In this document: positions 1 to 10,345 of the stretch, piece by piece
Numbering within the stretch: position 1 is the stretch's first letter
Layout: every line of letters begins with the position of its first letter
From: Deltaproteobacteria bacterium
Lineage (GTDB): Bacteria > Myxococcota > Kuafuiibacteriia > Kuafuiibacteriales > Kuafuiibacteriaceae
DNA length: 64,000 nucleotides
Direction of reading: 5' to 3'
NCBI GenBank assembly: GCA_040218735.1
Contig: JAVJQW010000046.1
Location: 96,001-160,000 of the forward strand
Notes under the pieces: model-generated
Databases searched by the model: none
Seen by the model: only the letters and a program-made list of their open reading frames with translations
Told to the model about the DNA's origin: nothing
Position numbers and translations under genes: made by a program

Positions 1-872
1 TCCAGACGTTCGGTGATCAGGCGCTGGTTCGGTAGGTTCGTCGTCGTGTCGAAGTTCGTGAGGTGCCGAATCCGTCGCTCGGCCTCCTTGCGGAACGTGA
101 TGTCCTGAACCGTGGCGATCAGCCGAAGCGTGCCGGTCGAGTCCTCGCGACCCACCTCGCCTTCCTGGTACACGATCCGAATCGCCTCGCCTTCCGGTTG
201 GATGCGGTGCTCGACGCGGAGTGGGTTGCGACGCTCGACGGTGTCGTCGATCGCCTCGAGGAGGCGTGCGCGATCCTCGCGATGGACGAGGGTCAACAGA
301 TCATCGAGGAGGACCGGGCCATCCTCCGCGAGCCCGAACACCCGGCGTGCGACCGGCGACATCTCGACGTGTTCGTCGCCGACCCGCCACTCCCAGTGTC
401 CGACGCGCGCGATGCGCTGTGCGTTGGCGAGTCGACGCTCGCTCTCGCGGAGCGCCGCGTTCGCCGTCGTCGCGCGCAGCATGTAGTTGAGGCGGTGGGT
501 CAGCACCGCGAAGTGGACGGGTTTGATGACGTAGTCGGTCGCCCCGACCGCGTACGCGCGGGCGATGATCTCCGGCTCGTCGTGCGTGGTCATGACGACG
601 ATCGGGACGTGCGCGCCGGCGGGCATGGATCGGATGCGCTCGCAGCACTCGAAGCCGTCCCCACCCGGCATCTCCAGATCGAGGAGGACCAGATCGAAGG
701 TGAGCGTCTCGAACAGCGCCGCGCCCTTCGCACCGTCCTGCGCGGTGACGACCTCGAAGTCGGCGCCGTACAGCGCCTCTTCGGCGATGGTCCGCATGAT
801 GGGGTCGTCGTCGATGACGAGCACACGCGCGTCGTCATCGGGGCGTCGAACCGGGAGGGTGATCGTGCTCAA
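1..872 (-). CDS. Response regulator receiver-PAS-GGDEF protein (diguanylate cyclase/phosphodiesterase family), truncated by the left window edge
   Basis: Not in the ORF track; manual translation from TTG 872 gives VLVIDDD...LVLLDLEMPG...DYVIKP (receiver), GHWEW...HRI...VQDITFRK (PAS/PAC), then HLTNFDTTTNLPNQR (start of a GGDEF domain). Confidence 0.85.
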   Translation of the reverse strand, partial: MSTITLPVRRPDDDARVLVIDDDPIMRTIAEEALYGADFEVVTAQDGAKGAALFETLTFDLVLLDLEMPGGDGFECCERIRSMPAGAHVPIVVMTTHDEPEIIARAYAVGATDYVIKPVHFAVLTHRLNYMLRATTANAALRESERRLANAQRIARVGHWEWRVGDEHVEMSPVARRVFGLAEDGPVLLDDLLTLVHREDRARLLEAIDDTVERRNPLRVEHRIQPEGEAIRIVYQEGEVGREDSTGTLRLIATVQDITFRKEAERRIRHLTNFDTTTNLPNQRLITERL

Positions 873-873
873 C

Positions 874-1263
874 TCAGGCCTCCGTGAACGGTCGCTCGCG
901 CACCAGCTCACCGACGGCGCGCTCGTACTCGCGCTGCAGATCGGACATGAGCTCTTGCGTATCGACCTCGGTCACGCCGCGCGCGAAGGACTCGAGCTCC
1001 CGCGCTACGTCCGCGACCGCCTCGACACCGAGGTTGACGCTCTTCGACTTCAAGAGGTGTGCGGCGTCCTTCAGGGCCTCCGAGTCGCCGTAGTAGACGG
1101 CGGTGACGATCTGCCCGATCAGATCGGGCGCGGCTTCGAGGTACATGTCGATCAGACGGGCGAGGACCGGCGGATGCCCCGGGCGTTGCAGCGACCGCAG
1201 TCGTTCAACGACGACGGGGTCGAGGGTTCGTCGCGTGTTCTCTTCGTTGAACCGATACGTCAT
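874..1263 (-). CDS. Hpt (histidine phosphotransfer) domain protein
   Basis: AAHLLKSKSVNLG matches the Hpt H-x-L-K-S/G-x-S-x-N-L-G motif; ATG 1263 overlaps the GST stop (ATGA). Confidence 0.85.
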   Translation of the reverse strand: MTYRFNEENTRRTLDPVVVERLRSLQRPGHPPVLARLIDMYLEAAPDLIGQIVTAVYYGDSEALKDAAHLLKSKSVNLGVEAVADVARELESFARGVTEVDTQELMSDLQREYERAVGELVRERPFTEA

Positions 1264-1982
1264 GCTGCCGAGGTGCTCCACGTAGGCTCATCGGCCGACG
1301 TGGGCGCCACTGAAGCGCCGAACCAGATCGGATCGCAAAGACGAGAAACGAGAGACGGGTCGAGCGCGCACTGGGCGTCTCGAACTGCGAGCGCGACGGA
1401 CGGGCGCTGGCGCGCGGCGTCGAACCACTCCAGGAGCTTGGGGAGCCGCGTCTCGTCCATGGGCATCCCGGCCGCGTGGGTCACCTGCACGGCGTACCAG
1501 ACGCTCAGGCAGAACGTCGCGTCGGCGATGCCGAACTTGTCGCCGAAGAACCACGGGGTCGGCGACACGCGGCGCTCCAGGGAGATGAGCTGGGCGTGCA
1601 CGGCGTCGGCGTCCGACGCGGTGACGCGGCCATCCACCATGTGGGTGTACGCGTCCGCGATCACCGGGGCGAGCGTGGCATCGTGGAAGCGCACCAGCGC
1701 GCGGGTGCGCGCCCGGTCGGGAGCGTTCTTCGGCATCATCGACGGGAACGGGTAGCGCTCGTCGAGGTACTCCGCGATCGCCGTGGTGTCCGCGAGCGCG
1801 AGGGTGCCGTCGATCAGGACCGGGGCGTGGGAGAGGGGGTGGACCGACGCGAGGCCCGGGCTCATCGGGCCGCCGCTCTTGGGCCCCGACAGGTCGAGCT
1901 CGATGTGTTTCTCCGACGCGATGATGCGGATGCGTGCGGACAGCGGGCTGATGGGGAGCTGGAAGAGCTTGAGGGCCGACAT
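1260..1982 (-). CDS. Glutathione S-transferase family protein
   Basis: N-terminal thioredoxin-like part (SPLSARIRI, APVLIDG, AIAEYLDERYP) and C-terminal GDKFGIAD motif. Confidence 0.85.
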   Translation of the reverse strand: MSALKLFQLPISPLSARIRIIASEKHIELDLSGPKSGGPMSPGLASVHPLSHAPVLIDGTLALADTTAIAEYLDERYPFPSMMPKNAPDRARTRALVRFHDATLAPVIADAYTHMVDGRVTASDADAVHAQLISLERRVSPTPWFFGDKFGIADATFCLSVWYAVQVTHAAGMPMDETRLPKLLEWFDAARQRPSVALAVRDAQCALDPSLVSRLCDPIWFGASVAPTSADEPTWSTSAA

Positions 1983-2037
1983 CGATCGGATCGGTCGGCA
2001 TTTCGAGACACGGCTTGAGGCTCGAAATGAGGCAGTG

Positions 2038-2928
2038 TCAGAACTCTTCGAGATCGCTGCCCATCATCGATTTGACCTTCTGCTTGGCACGCCACTTCGA
2101 GAAGGCACCCCAGGCCACCACGAACCCGACGACGAGGAACGCGAGCTTGAGGACGTCGTACAGAATCTCTTCGCCGCCCTCGATCTTGTCCTTCAGGCGC
2201 CGGTACTCGACGTTCATCGGCGCGATCTCCTCGAGCCGGGCCATCAGGTCCTTCATCTCCATCTCGTTCTTGGTCTCGTAGGCCGTCCACGCCTTGGTGG
2301 CGAGCTGCTCGCCCATCCAGATGCGCTCGTCCTCGTCGTCCCGCATCGCCTGCGCTTCGTTGTAGAGCTTCACGGCGCCCGAGATGTCTCCGGCCGACAG
2401 CTTCTTTCGGTACGACTCGCGGATGATCTTCTCGCGGAGCACCGTGTGGCGCGCGGTCGTACCGCCGTACTTCTCACTGCGCGCGAGGAGCGCCTCGGTC
2501 TTGTCGAAGTCGCCGCCGACGAACTTCATCTTGGCGCACTCGTAGAAGGCCTTGCCGGCCATCTTCGTCCCGCGCGGGTGCGACTGGATCGCCTCCTCGC
2601 CGCCCTCGTCGACGATCATGTCGAGCTTCTCACAGGCGTCCTTCCACGCCTGGCCGTCGTGGTAGCGCATGAGGAGCACGAACAGCCCGGGGATGCGTTT
2701 CTTGTCGCCCGGCGGGGGGAGCGTCTCCTCGGTGAGATACTCCTCCGGCTCGTCCCACTGCGCCTGGACCGCCCGCTCCCGCTTCGTGAGGCCGGGGCCG
2801 CCGATACGGCTGGAGCCCAGCTTGATTTCGGGAGAGGACTCCTCGCCTTGCGCCGAGGCCGTCGGCGCCCAGGCCAGGGTGGTGGCGAACGCGAGGAGCG
2901 CCCCGTACGTCTTCAGCTCGAGCATCAC
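2038..2928 (-). CDS. Hypothetical helical (TPR-like) exported protein with C-terminal membrane anchor
   Basis: Signal peptide ending ASA-Q, helical charged body, C-terminal hydrophobic segment followed by basic residues. Confidence 0.65.
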   Translation of the reverse strand: MMLELKTYGALLAFATTLAWAPTASAQGEESSPEIKLGSSRIGGPGLTKRERAVQAQWDEPEEYLTEETLPPPGDKKRIPGLFVLLMRYHDGQAWKDACEKLDMIVDEGGEEAIQSHPRGTKMAGKAFYECAKMKFVGGDFDKTEALLARSEKYGGTTARHTVLREKIIRESYRKKLSAGDISGAVKLYNEAQAMRDDEDERIWMGEQLATKAWTAYETKNEMEMKDLMARLEEIAPMNVEYRRLKDKIEGGEEILYDVLKLAFLVVGFVVAWGAFSKWRAKQKVKSMMGSDLEEF

Positions 2929-2967
2929 CGGGGCACCCTATGTGGGGGGCCTGGAATTTTCCAGGGG

Positions 2968-4194
2968 TCAGGCGTCGAAGGGCGCTTCGGCGGCGCCGGC
3001 GTGGTCGGCCAACAGGATCGCGTCGAGCTTCTCCCCCGCCGCGAAGGTGCGCTGATCCGCGGGCAGCATGACGAGCGCGTCCACGCCCAGCATCGACGGC
3101 AGCGATCCGGACCCCTGCAACCGCAGCGGCCGCGCCCGGACGACGCCGCCGTCGCGCTCCAGCGTGCACCGGGCCAGCTCCGGCCGGCGCGGGGAGTGTT
3201 CGTGGTCCACCGCCAGCTCCACGGTGTGGCGCACCCTGTACGGCGTCGGGTCGCCGAGCATCCGCCGGATGCCGGGCCGCACGAACACCTCGAACGTCAC
3301 CATCGCGCTCACCGGGTTGCCGGGTAGGCCGACCACCGGCTTGTCCCCCGCCAGCCCGAAGGTCAGCGGCTTGCCGGGTTTGATGCGCACCTTCCAGAAG
3401 CTCGCGTCGATGCCGTTCTTCTCGAACGCGTCCTTCACCAGGTCGTAGTCACCCACCGACACCCCGCCGCACGTCAGCAGCAGGTCCGCGCCGAGGCCTT
3501 CGCGCACACGCGCGACCGTGGCGTCCATGTCGTCCGGGACGTTCGGAATCACCCACGGCACACCGCCCGCCTCGCGGACCTGCGCCGCCAACGCGTACGC
3601 GTTCGAGTTGACGATCGTGCCGGGCTCCTCCGGGTCGGTGACGTCGCGCAGCTCATCGCCCGTCGAGAGGATCGCGACGACGGGTCGACGGTTCACGCCG
3701 ACCGCGCCGATTCGCTGCGCGGCGAGCAGCCCGATCTCCCCCGGACCGATCCGCATCCCCTTGGGCAGCATCACCGCGCCGCCCTCCAGATCACTGCCGC
3801 GGTGGCGGATGTTCTCGCGCGCGATGGGCGCCTGATCGATGGTCACCGCGCCGTCCCCGGCGGTGGTGTTCTCCTGCATCACCACCACGTCGGCGCCGAG
3901 TGGGACGACCGCGCCGGTGAAGATGCGCATCGCCTTACCGGGCTCCAGCGCGGGGGGCGTCGGTCCACCCGCGCGCGACTCTCCGGCGAGTGTGAGCGAA
4001 GCCCCCGCGGTCGCGTCCGACGCGCGCACCGCGTAGCCGTCCATCGCGCTGTTGTCGAACGGAGGGAGGTCGGCGCGGGCGAGCACGTCGCGCGCGACGA
4101 CGCGGCCCAACAGATCGTGCAGCGTCACACGCTCTTCGCCGAGCGTGCGAAACGCCGGCATCATGACTTCGAGGGCCTCTGAGATCCGCTTCAC
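2968..4194 (-). CDS. moeA: Molybdopterin molybdotransferase MoeA
   Basis: PPFDNSAMDGYAV, RIFTGA, STGDEL, GGVSVGDYD, KPGKP, GLPGNPVS motifs. Confidence 0.97.
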   Translation of the reverse strand: MKRISEALEVMMPAFRTLGEERVTLHDLLGRVVARDVLARADLPPFDNSAMDGYAVRASDATAGASLTLAGESRAGGPTPPALEPGKAMRIFTGAVVPLGADVVVMQENTTAGDGAVTIDQAPIARENIRHRGSDLEGGAVMLPKGMRIGPGEIGLLAAQRIGAVGVNRRPVVAILSTGDELRDVTDPEEPGTIVNSNAYALAAQVREAGGVPWVIPNVPDDMDATVARVREGLGADLLLTCGGVSVGDYDLVKDAFEKNGIDASFWKVRIKPGKPLTFGLAGDKPVVGLPGNPVSAMVTFEVFVRPGIRRMLGDPTPYRVRHTVELAVDHEHSPRRPELARCTLERDGGVVRARPLRLQGSGSLPSMLGVDALVMLPADQRTFAAGEKLDAILLADHAGAAEAPFDA

Positions 4195-4204
4195 GCGGCG
4201 TGCT

Positions 4205-4696
4205 CTACCGCGCCGCGAACCACCGGTCGAGGAGCTCGCGGTGGTACGGGTAGGTGCCGTCCGGGATCTCGTCCTGCGCGTAGAACCCGCCGCCGACGAT
4301 CTCGGTCTTCGAGCGCGGCACGATCGACGCCGGCGCGGCGTCGAGGGTCGCCGTCAGCGCGACGGAGACGTAGCCGCGCTCGGTGCGCACTTCGGTGTCG
4401 AAGTGCCGCCCGTGTACGCGCACCCCGGTCAGCCCGATCTCCTCGCGCAGCTCGCGCTCCAGCCCGAGCTCGAGTGACTCACCGCGCGTGATGAACCCGC
4501 CCGGGAGCCCCCAACGCCACGGCGTGCGGAAGCGGTGGTCGAGGAGGAGCACGCGGCCCTCGGGATCACTCACGATCCCCACGACGCCGACGAGGAACAG
4601 GTCGTTGGTCAGGAACAGGACCCGCCGACGCGCCGACTGGGGCATCACGTCCCAGAGCGTCTGCGCCGCCGACAGCCAGCGGTCTTTGAGCGTCAC
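4205..4696 (-). CDS. NUDIX hydrolase
   Basis: Nudix box LPGGFITRGESLELGLERELREEIGL; GTG 4696 overlaps the SDR stop (GTGA). The N-terminal part of track ORF 4205..5332 is a shadow. Confidence 0.88.
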   Translation of the reverse strand: MTLKDRWLSAAQTLWDVMPQSARRRVLFLTNDLFLVGVVGIVSDPEGRVLLLDHRFRTPWRWGLPGGFITRGESLELGLERELREEIGLTGVRVHGRHFDTEVRTERGYVSVALTATLDAAPASIVPRSKTEIVGGGFYAQDEIPDGTYPYHRELLDRWFAAR

Positions 4697-5550
4697 GACT
4701 TCTTGGGCCGCATCGCGGCGAGCATCTGCTTCACGTTGTCGCGGTCGTACTCGACGAAGCGGTTCATCTCGCCCGCGCCCTGCAGCCACTCGCCGCCGTC
4801 GATCACCACGCACTCGCCGTTCACGTACGCGGCCTCGTTGCTCATGAGGAAGACGGCGAGGTTCGCGAGCTCTTGGTGCTCGCCGAAACGTTTGAGCGGG
4901 ATGCGCTTCTTGATCTCGTCCTCCATCGCGGTGTCCGGGACGAGGCGTTTCCAAGCGCCGTCGGTCGGGAACGGCCCGGGTGCGATCGCGTTGCAGCGGA
5001 TGCCGTACGCCGACCCCCACTCCACCGCGAGCGACTTCGTCATCGCGAGCACGCCGGCCTTCGCCATCGCCGACGGCAGCACGAACGCCGAGCCGGTGTA
5101 CACGTAGGTCGTGAGGATCGACAGGATCGATCCGCCCTGTCCCTGCGCGATCATCTGGCGCCCGACCGTCTGCGTCGCGTTGAACGAGCCGGTCATCACG
5201 ATGCCGACGACGGCTTCGTAGCCGCCGACGGTCAGATCCTCCGAAGGGCACAGGAAGTTGCCGGCCGCGTTGTTCAGCAGGCCGTGCACCGCCCCGTACT
5301 TCTCGACGATCTTCGCGACCATCGCCTCGCACGCCTCGTGCGAGCGGACGTCGACCTGCACGCCGAACACTTCGCCGTTCGTCGCCTGCCGCATCTCTTC
5401 CGCGGCGGCTTCGATCTTCTCGATGTTGCGCGACGCGATGACGACGTTTGCACCGAGCTCGGCGTAGCGCGTCGCCATCGACTTGCCGAGGCCCGAGCCC
5501 CCGCCGGTCACGACGATCGTCTGCTCCTTCAGCAGGTCTTCGCGGAACAT
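4693..5550 (-). CDS. SDR oxidoreductase, 2,4-dienoyl-CoA reductase-like
   Basis: TGGGSGLG, NNAAGNF, SAMAKAGV, NAIAPGP motifs. Confidence 0.9.
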   Translation of the reverse strand: MFREDLLKEQTIVVTGGGSGLGKSMATRYAELGANVVIASRNIEKIEAAAEEMRQATNGEVFGVQVDVRSHEACEAMVAKIVEKYGAVHGLLNNAAGNFLCPSEDLTVGGYEAVVGIVMTGSFNATQTVGRQMIAQGQGGSILSILTTYVYTGSAFVLPSAMAKAGVLAMTKSLAVEWGSAYGIRCNAIAPGPFPTDGAWKRLVPDTAMEDEIKKRIPLKRFGEHQELANLAVFLMSNEAAYVNGECVVIDGGEWLQGAGEMNRFVEYDRDNVKQMLAAMRPKKS

Positions 5551-5554
5551 CGCG

Positions 5555-5974
5555 CTACTTCTTCAGCGTCCGCGCGTACGCGATGATCTGCTTCACCTGG
5601 TCCGGCTTGAACACCGAACCGAACGCCGGCATCTTGCCGCGCCCGTTCGTGATGAGCTGCGCGATCGCGGCGTCGTCGTACTTGTCGTGCGTCGAAGCGA
5701 GCGTGAGGTTGCCGATGTTCGGCATCATCTGCCGCATCATCTCGCCGGACCCGTCGGGCCCGTGGCAGTTGGCGCACGCCGTCATGAACAGCGCCTTGCC
5801 CTTGGTCGCCTCTTCGGAGAGCGCGGCGGCGGGCGGTGCCTTCGCAGGCGGCGCGGCGGGCGGCGCCTTCGCGGCCGTCGTCGTCTTCGCCGTCTCGGGC
5901 GCTTTGTCTTCTTTGCAGCCGACCCCCGCGAGGAGCGAGAGCGTGAACAATCCGATCGTGACAGGTCGCATCAT
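5555..5974 (-). CDS. Monoheme c-type cytochrome lipoprotein
   Basis: Lipobox LAGVGC, Ala/Pro linker, CANCH heme motif, distal Met in GKMPAFG. Confidence 0.9.
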   Translation of the reverse strand: MMRPVTIGLFTLSLLAGVGCKEDKAPETAKTTTAAKAPPAAPPAKAPPAAALSEEATKGKALFMTACANCHGPDGSGEMMRQMMPNIGNLTLASTHDKYDDAAIAQLITNGRGKMPAFGSVFKPDQVKQIIAYARTLKK

Positions 5975-6032
5975 CGACGGGCGGAGTAGCACGCCGCCCG
6001 TCTGTGCGCCAAGCAAGGCTGGAGAGGAAGGA

Positions 6033-7373
6033 TCAGGGGAACAGGCCGCGCGTGAGCATGGCCTCGGTGACGCGGTGGATGCCGAGCGCCAACGTCGCGC
6101 TGCGCATGTCCGTGTCGAGCTTCTTCTGGAACGCGATGCACTCCGCGAAGGCTTCGCTGAGGATCCGGAAGAGGCGCTGGTTGATCTCCTTGCGGGTCCA
6201 GAAGAACGACTGCAGGCCCTGCACCCACTCGAAGTACGACACGATCACGCCGCCCGCGTTCGCGAGGATGTCGGGCACCACGAAGATTTCGTCCTGGCGC
6301 TCCTTGAGGATCTTGTTGCCCTCGGAGGTCACCGGGCCGTTCGCACCTTCGGCGACGATACGGCACTTCAGCTTCTTCGCGATCTCCGCGTCGATCACAC
6401 CGCCGAGCGCCGCGGGGATGAGGATGTCGACGTCGAGCGTCAGCAGCTCCTCATTCGTGATCGCCTCACCTCGCGGGTAGTCCTTCAGGACCTTGCGGAT
6501 CTCGACGTACTTGAGCACGTGCCGGACATCGAGGCCGTCCTTGTTGTAGATGCCGCCGGTCACGTCGGACACCGCGACGACCTTGCAACCCATCCGCTCG
6601 AGCTTGCGCGCCGCGTACGTACCCACGTTGCCGAAGCCCTGGATCGCGACGGTCTTCCCTTCGAGCGGGAAGTCGAGGTGCTCCGCCGCCGACGCCACGC
6701 AGTACGCGACGCCGCGACCGGTCGCTTCCTTACGACCCTTCGAGCCGCCGACGTAGATCGGCTTGCCCGTCACGACCGACGGAACCACGTGCCCCTTCAT
6801 CTCGGAGTACGTGTCCATGATCCACGCCATGGTCTGATCGTTCGTGCCCATGTCCGGCGCCGGGATGTCGGAGTCCGGGCCGATCATGTCGAGGATCTCG
6901 ACCGTGAAGCGTCGCGTCGCGCGCTGCAGCTCCTGACGCGACAGCGGCCGCGGGTCCATGCGGATGCCGCCCTTCGCGCCGCCGAGCGGGATGCCCGCGA
7001 CGGCGCACTTGAACGTCATCAGCATCGCGAGCGCCGATACCTCTCCGAGGCTCACCTCTTCGTGGTAGCGGATGCCGCCCTTGAAAGGCCCGCGTGCGTT
7101 GTTGTGCTGGACGCGGTAGCCGATGAAGTTCTTCACCGAGCCGTCGTCCATGCGCGTGGGCACGCTGACGATCATGGCGCGCTGCGGAGTGAGCAGGCGG
7201 TTCCTGATGTTCGGATCGATGTTCGTCGCGTCGCAGGTCTTCTCGACCAGCTCTGCGGTGTCCCGATAGAACTTCGACTCCCACTCGAGATTGGAGCGGT
7301 AGCGGTCGAGGCTCTCGGTCACGGATCCGAGGTCGCCGGTGGTCGGCGGTCCGGGGGTCTTGGGGTCGCTCAA
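6033..7373 (-). CDS. gdhA: Glutamate dehydrogenase (Glu/Leu/Phe/Val dehydrogenase family)
   Basis: GPFKGGIRY, GGAKGG, DIPAPD, TGKP, ATGRG, QGFGNVG, EGANGP, NAGGVIVSYFEWVQ. Confidence 0.95.
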   Translation of the reverse strand: MSDPKTPGPPTTGDLGSVTESLDRYRSNLEWESKFYRDTAELVEKTCDATNIDPNIRNRLLTPQRAMIVSVPTRMDDGSVKNFIGYRVQHNNARGPFKGGIRYHEEVSLGEVSALAMLMTFKCAVAGIPLGGAKGGIRMDPRPLSRQELQRATRRFTVEILDMIGPDSDIPAPDMGTNDQTMAWIMDTYSEMKGHVVPSVVTGKPIYVGGSKGRKEATGRGVAYCVASAAEHLDFPLEGKTVAIQGFGNVGTYAARKLERMGCKVVAVSDVTGGIYNKDGLDVRHVLKYVEIRKVLKDYPRGEAITNEELLTLDVDILIPAALGGVIDAEIAKKLKCRIVAEGANGPVTSEGNKILKERQDEIFVVPDILANAGGVIVSYFEWVQGLQSFFWTRKEINQRLFRILSEAFAECIAFQKKLDTDMRSATLALGIHRVTEAMLTRGLFP

Positions 7374-7442
7374 GGCGGGCGGAAGCTACACTTGTTTGTC
7401 CCGCTTGCGAACCGATATCGACGAGTGTTCATCTTCGGATCG

Positions 7443-8660
7443 ATGCACACCTCGACGCCGCGATTCGCCTCGGGCCTTCTCCTCGCCCTCGTCGTCACCG
7501 CTTGTTCGGGAGGGGAGGAACCACCGCCCCCACCGCCGCCGACCCAGGTCCAGCTCACCGTGGTCGACGCGGTCGACGACGGGCCCCTCGCCGGCGCCTT
7601 CGTCTACGTCGCGGGCTCCGCCGGGTGGACCGAGGTGTCCGCGGACGGGGTCGTGACGCTGGAGGTCGACCCGGGCACCCACGCGTACTGGGTGGTCGCC
7701 CCGATGCACGTCACCGTGCCGCCGCCGCTCACCGACGCGCCGACGGTCGAGGCCGCCGCGAATCAGACCACCGAGGTGCGCGTCGTGGTGGACCGCCGCA
7801 GCGTCGGCGCCGCCGACGGGACGATCCGCGGCACGGTGACCGTAGACGGTACCCCCGCCGAGGGCGTCCTCGTGGTCGCCGCCGGCGTCCCGTCCTACGA
7901 GGGGTACTCGGACGCGACGGGCGCCTACGTGATCGCGGGCGTCGGCAACGGCAGCTTCCAGGTGCGCGCGCGGCAGGGCGGCACCGCCGGTGACGCATCG
8001 CAGAATGTCACGACGACGGCGGGGCAGACCTCGGACGGCGTCGACTTCGCGTTGGTGTCCGGCGGACAGGACGTGACCGGCACGATCGCCGGGGGCACCG
8101 GCTCCGGGCGCGTCGCGTTGCTCGACCCGGATGTTCGCCGTGTCGTCCCGGGGCTCTCGGTCTCGGCGGATCTGGCCTCCGGCTACACGATCACGGGCGT
8201 GCCGGCGGGGCGGTACCGACTGCTCGGCGCGTTCGACGCGGACGCCTACGTGATGGACCCCGAACCGATCCGCGAGAACGGGCTGCCCGTCGTCGACGTC
8301 GACGCCGCCGCCGTGACGCAGGACTTCGGCGTCGCCCCCGCGATCGATGGCCTCGCGCCGACGGGCACGGCGACGGCGACGCCGGAGCTCTCGTGGGCAC
8401 CGTTTGCAGGCGCGGACTACTACGTCGTCGACTTCCGTGACGCAGCGGGTCGAACCATCTGGGGTGGCTTCGACGCGACGGGGAACTGGTCGACGCGGAC
8501 CTTCGACACGTCCGTGATGTATGGCGGTCCGGCGCTCTCGCCGGGGGCGCGGTACACGTTCCGCGTGTTCGCTGCGGTGCAGGACCCGATCGTGCCCTCG
8601 GTGTTTGCGTTGGTCGCGGCGAGCGAGGCGGAGGGGGCGTCGTTCCGCGTGGCCCGGTGA
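7443..8660 (+). CDS. Lipoprotein with carboxypeptidase-regulatory/transthyretin-like beta-sandwich repeats
   Basis: ATG 7443, lipobox VVTAC, poly-Pro linker, GTIRGTVT and SDATGAYVIAGV repeats; the upstream part of track ORF 5448..8660 is antisense to gdhA. Confidence 0.75.
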   Translation: MHTSTPRFASGLLLALVVTACSGGEEPPPPPPPTQVQLTVVDAVDDGPLAGAFVYVAGSAGWTEVSADGVVTLEVDPGTHAYWVVAPMHVTVPPPLTDAPTVEAAANQTTEVRVVVDRRSVGAADGTIRGTVTVDGTPAEGVLVVAAGVPSYEGYSDATGAYVIAGVGNGSFQVRARQGGTAGDASQNVTTTAGQTSDGVDFALVSGGQDVTGTIAGGTGSGRVALLDPDVRRVVPGLSVSADLASGYTITGVPAGRYRLLGAFDADAYVMDPEPIRENGLPVVDVDAAAVTQDFGVAPAIDGLAPTGTATATPELSWAPFAGADYYVVDFRDAAGRTIWGGFDATGNWSTRTFDTSVMYGGPALSPGARYTFRVFAAVQDPIVPSVFALVAASEAEGASFRVAR

Positions 8661-8701
8661 GGGTTGACGTGGTTTCGAAAGGGTGGTCTGCGAAGAGGAC
8701 C

Positions 8702-10345
8702 ATGCGCGTTCGAACCGGGTTCTTCCTCATCGGCCTCTCGGCCTTCAGCTACGCCTGCGGCGGGATCTCCAACTGCAAGGAGGACGGCGCCGCGTGCGCC
8801 GAGATGCTGAACAAAAACGCGGAGAAGTGTGCCGCGGCCTACCAGCTCCGGCAGTCCGAGAAGAACCGGAAGTACTGCGTCAACGCGATCGACGTGGTGG
8901 GCGACCAGAAGATCGCCGCTGCGCTCCCCGGCCTGAAGGCGGTCCTGGCGGTTCCGGACTCGGACGTGCCGGACGACAAACACCGCGAAGAGGCGGTGAA
9001 GTCCCTCGCGCAGATCGGCGACGCGAGCGCGGTCCCGGATCTGGTCGCGGCGATCAACTTCACGGCGGGCACCAGCTCGGACCCGAAGGACAAGGCGGCG
9101 AACCTCACGAACGAGGCGATCGCGCAGGCGCTCGGTCAGCTGAAGGCGAAGGAGGCGGTGCCGAAGCTCATCGAGCTCACGAACAAGAGCCCGAACAACT
9201 ACGTCGTCCTGAAGTCGGTGCGTTCGCTCGGGCAGATCGGCGCGAAGGAGGCGGTGAAGCCGCTGGAGAAGATCGCGCTCGAGCACTCGAACAAGTTCAT
9301 GCGCAAGAACGCGGTCATCGCGCTGGGTGACATCGGCGATCCGTCGGCGACGGAGACGCTCATCCAGATGATGTTCGTCGAGTACCAGGGGGTGTCGTTC
9401 TACAAGGAGGCTTCGTTCGGCCTGTACCAGATCGGCCCGGCGACCTCCGAGGCGCTGATGAAGACGATGGCCGGCGAGAACAAGGAAGTGAACGCGTACT
9501 TCGAGAGCAAGGGTGGCCTGAAGACGTCGGCCATCAAGGCGAAGTGCGGGTTCGTGCTCGGTGACCTCCGCGACCCGCGCGCCGTCGAGCCGCTCCTCGA
9601 GGCCTTCAAGGAAGCGGCCGAGAAGCCGGACCCGGTGGTGCTCGTCTACGCGGCGGCGCCGCTCGGCGCGCTCGGCGACAAGCGCGCGGTGGGCCCGCTC
9701 GCGAAGGAGATGCTGACGCTCGACGCTTCGCTGCGCGACCCGATGATGCGTGCGCTCAACCACCTCGGCGATCGCTCGGTGGTGCCGGAGATGATCGAGG
9801 CGATGACGAAGGAGCACTTCGTCAAGGCGTGCATGAAGTCGGGCAACTCGAAGGAGGCCTGCACGAGCGACCAGACGAAGGCCTCGCTCTACGGCGCGCA
9901 GAAGGCGGCGATCGACCACGCGTCGAACCTCGCGGGCGCTGAGCACCTCGACGCCTACAAGAAGGCGGTCGAGGCCGAAGAGGACAAGGACATGAAGGAG
10001 TACGCGCAGGCGCGCCTGAAGCGCGTCGAGGCTGCGGGCGAGTGCAAGATGGACCCCGGCTGCTGGGTCAAGAAGCTGCAGGACTCCGACAAGCTGATCC
10101 GCGAGAAGGCCGCGTGGGAGCTCGGCCGCATCAAGGACAAGGGCTCGCTCGACGCCCTCGCGAAGGCGCTCCAGGACAAGAAGTCCGAGCCGCGCTCCGC
10201 CGCGATCATGGCGTACTGGGCCTTCGGCGACAAACGCGCCGTCGAGGCGATCGAGAAGCAGCTGGAAGACGAGGCCGGGATGGCGGACTACGTCCGCGTG
10301 AACGAGGACCTCAAGCGCCTGTTGGTCCACCTGAAGCGCTCGTAG
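8702..10345 (+). CDS. HEAT-repeat lipoprotein
   Basis: Lipobox-like SYAC; repeated ALGxIGDxxAVxxL HEAT-like units. Confidence 0.85.
   Translation: MRVRTGFFLIGLSAFSYACGGISNCKEDGAACAEMLNKNAEKCAAAYQLRQSEKNRKYCVNAIDVVGDQKIAAALPGLKAVLAVPDSDVPDDKHREEAVKSLAQIGDASAVPDLVAAINFTAGTSSDPKDKAANLTNEAIAQALGQLKAKEAVPKLIELTNKSPNNYVVLKSVRSLGQIGAKEAVKPLEKIALEHSNKFMRKNAVIALGDIGDPSATETLIQMMFVEYQGVSFYKEASFGLYQIGPATSEALMKTMAGENKEVNAYFESKGGLKTSAIKAKCGFVLGDLRDPRAVEPLLEAFKEAAEKPDPVVLVYAAAPLGALGDKRAVGPLAKEMLTLDASLRDPMMRALNHLGDRSVVPEMIEAMTKEHFVKACMKSGNSKEACTSDQTKASLYGAQKAAIDHASNLAGAEHLDAYKKAVEAEEDKDMKEYAQARLKRVEAAGECKMDPGCWVKKLQDSDKLIREKAAWELGRIKDKGSLDALAKALQDKKSEPRSAAIMAYWAFGDKRAVEAIEKQLEDEAGMADYVRVNEDLKRLLVHLKRS

Noticed and set aside
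5448-7442. N-terminal 665 codons of track ORF 5448..8660
   Set aside because: Antisense shadow of gdhA and the cytochrome gene; the real lipoprotein starts at ATG 7443.
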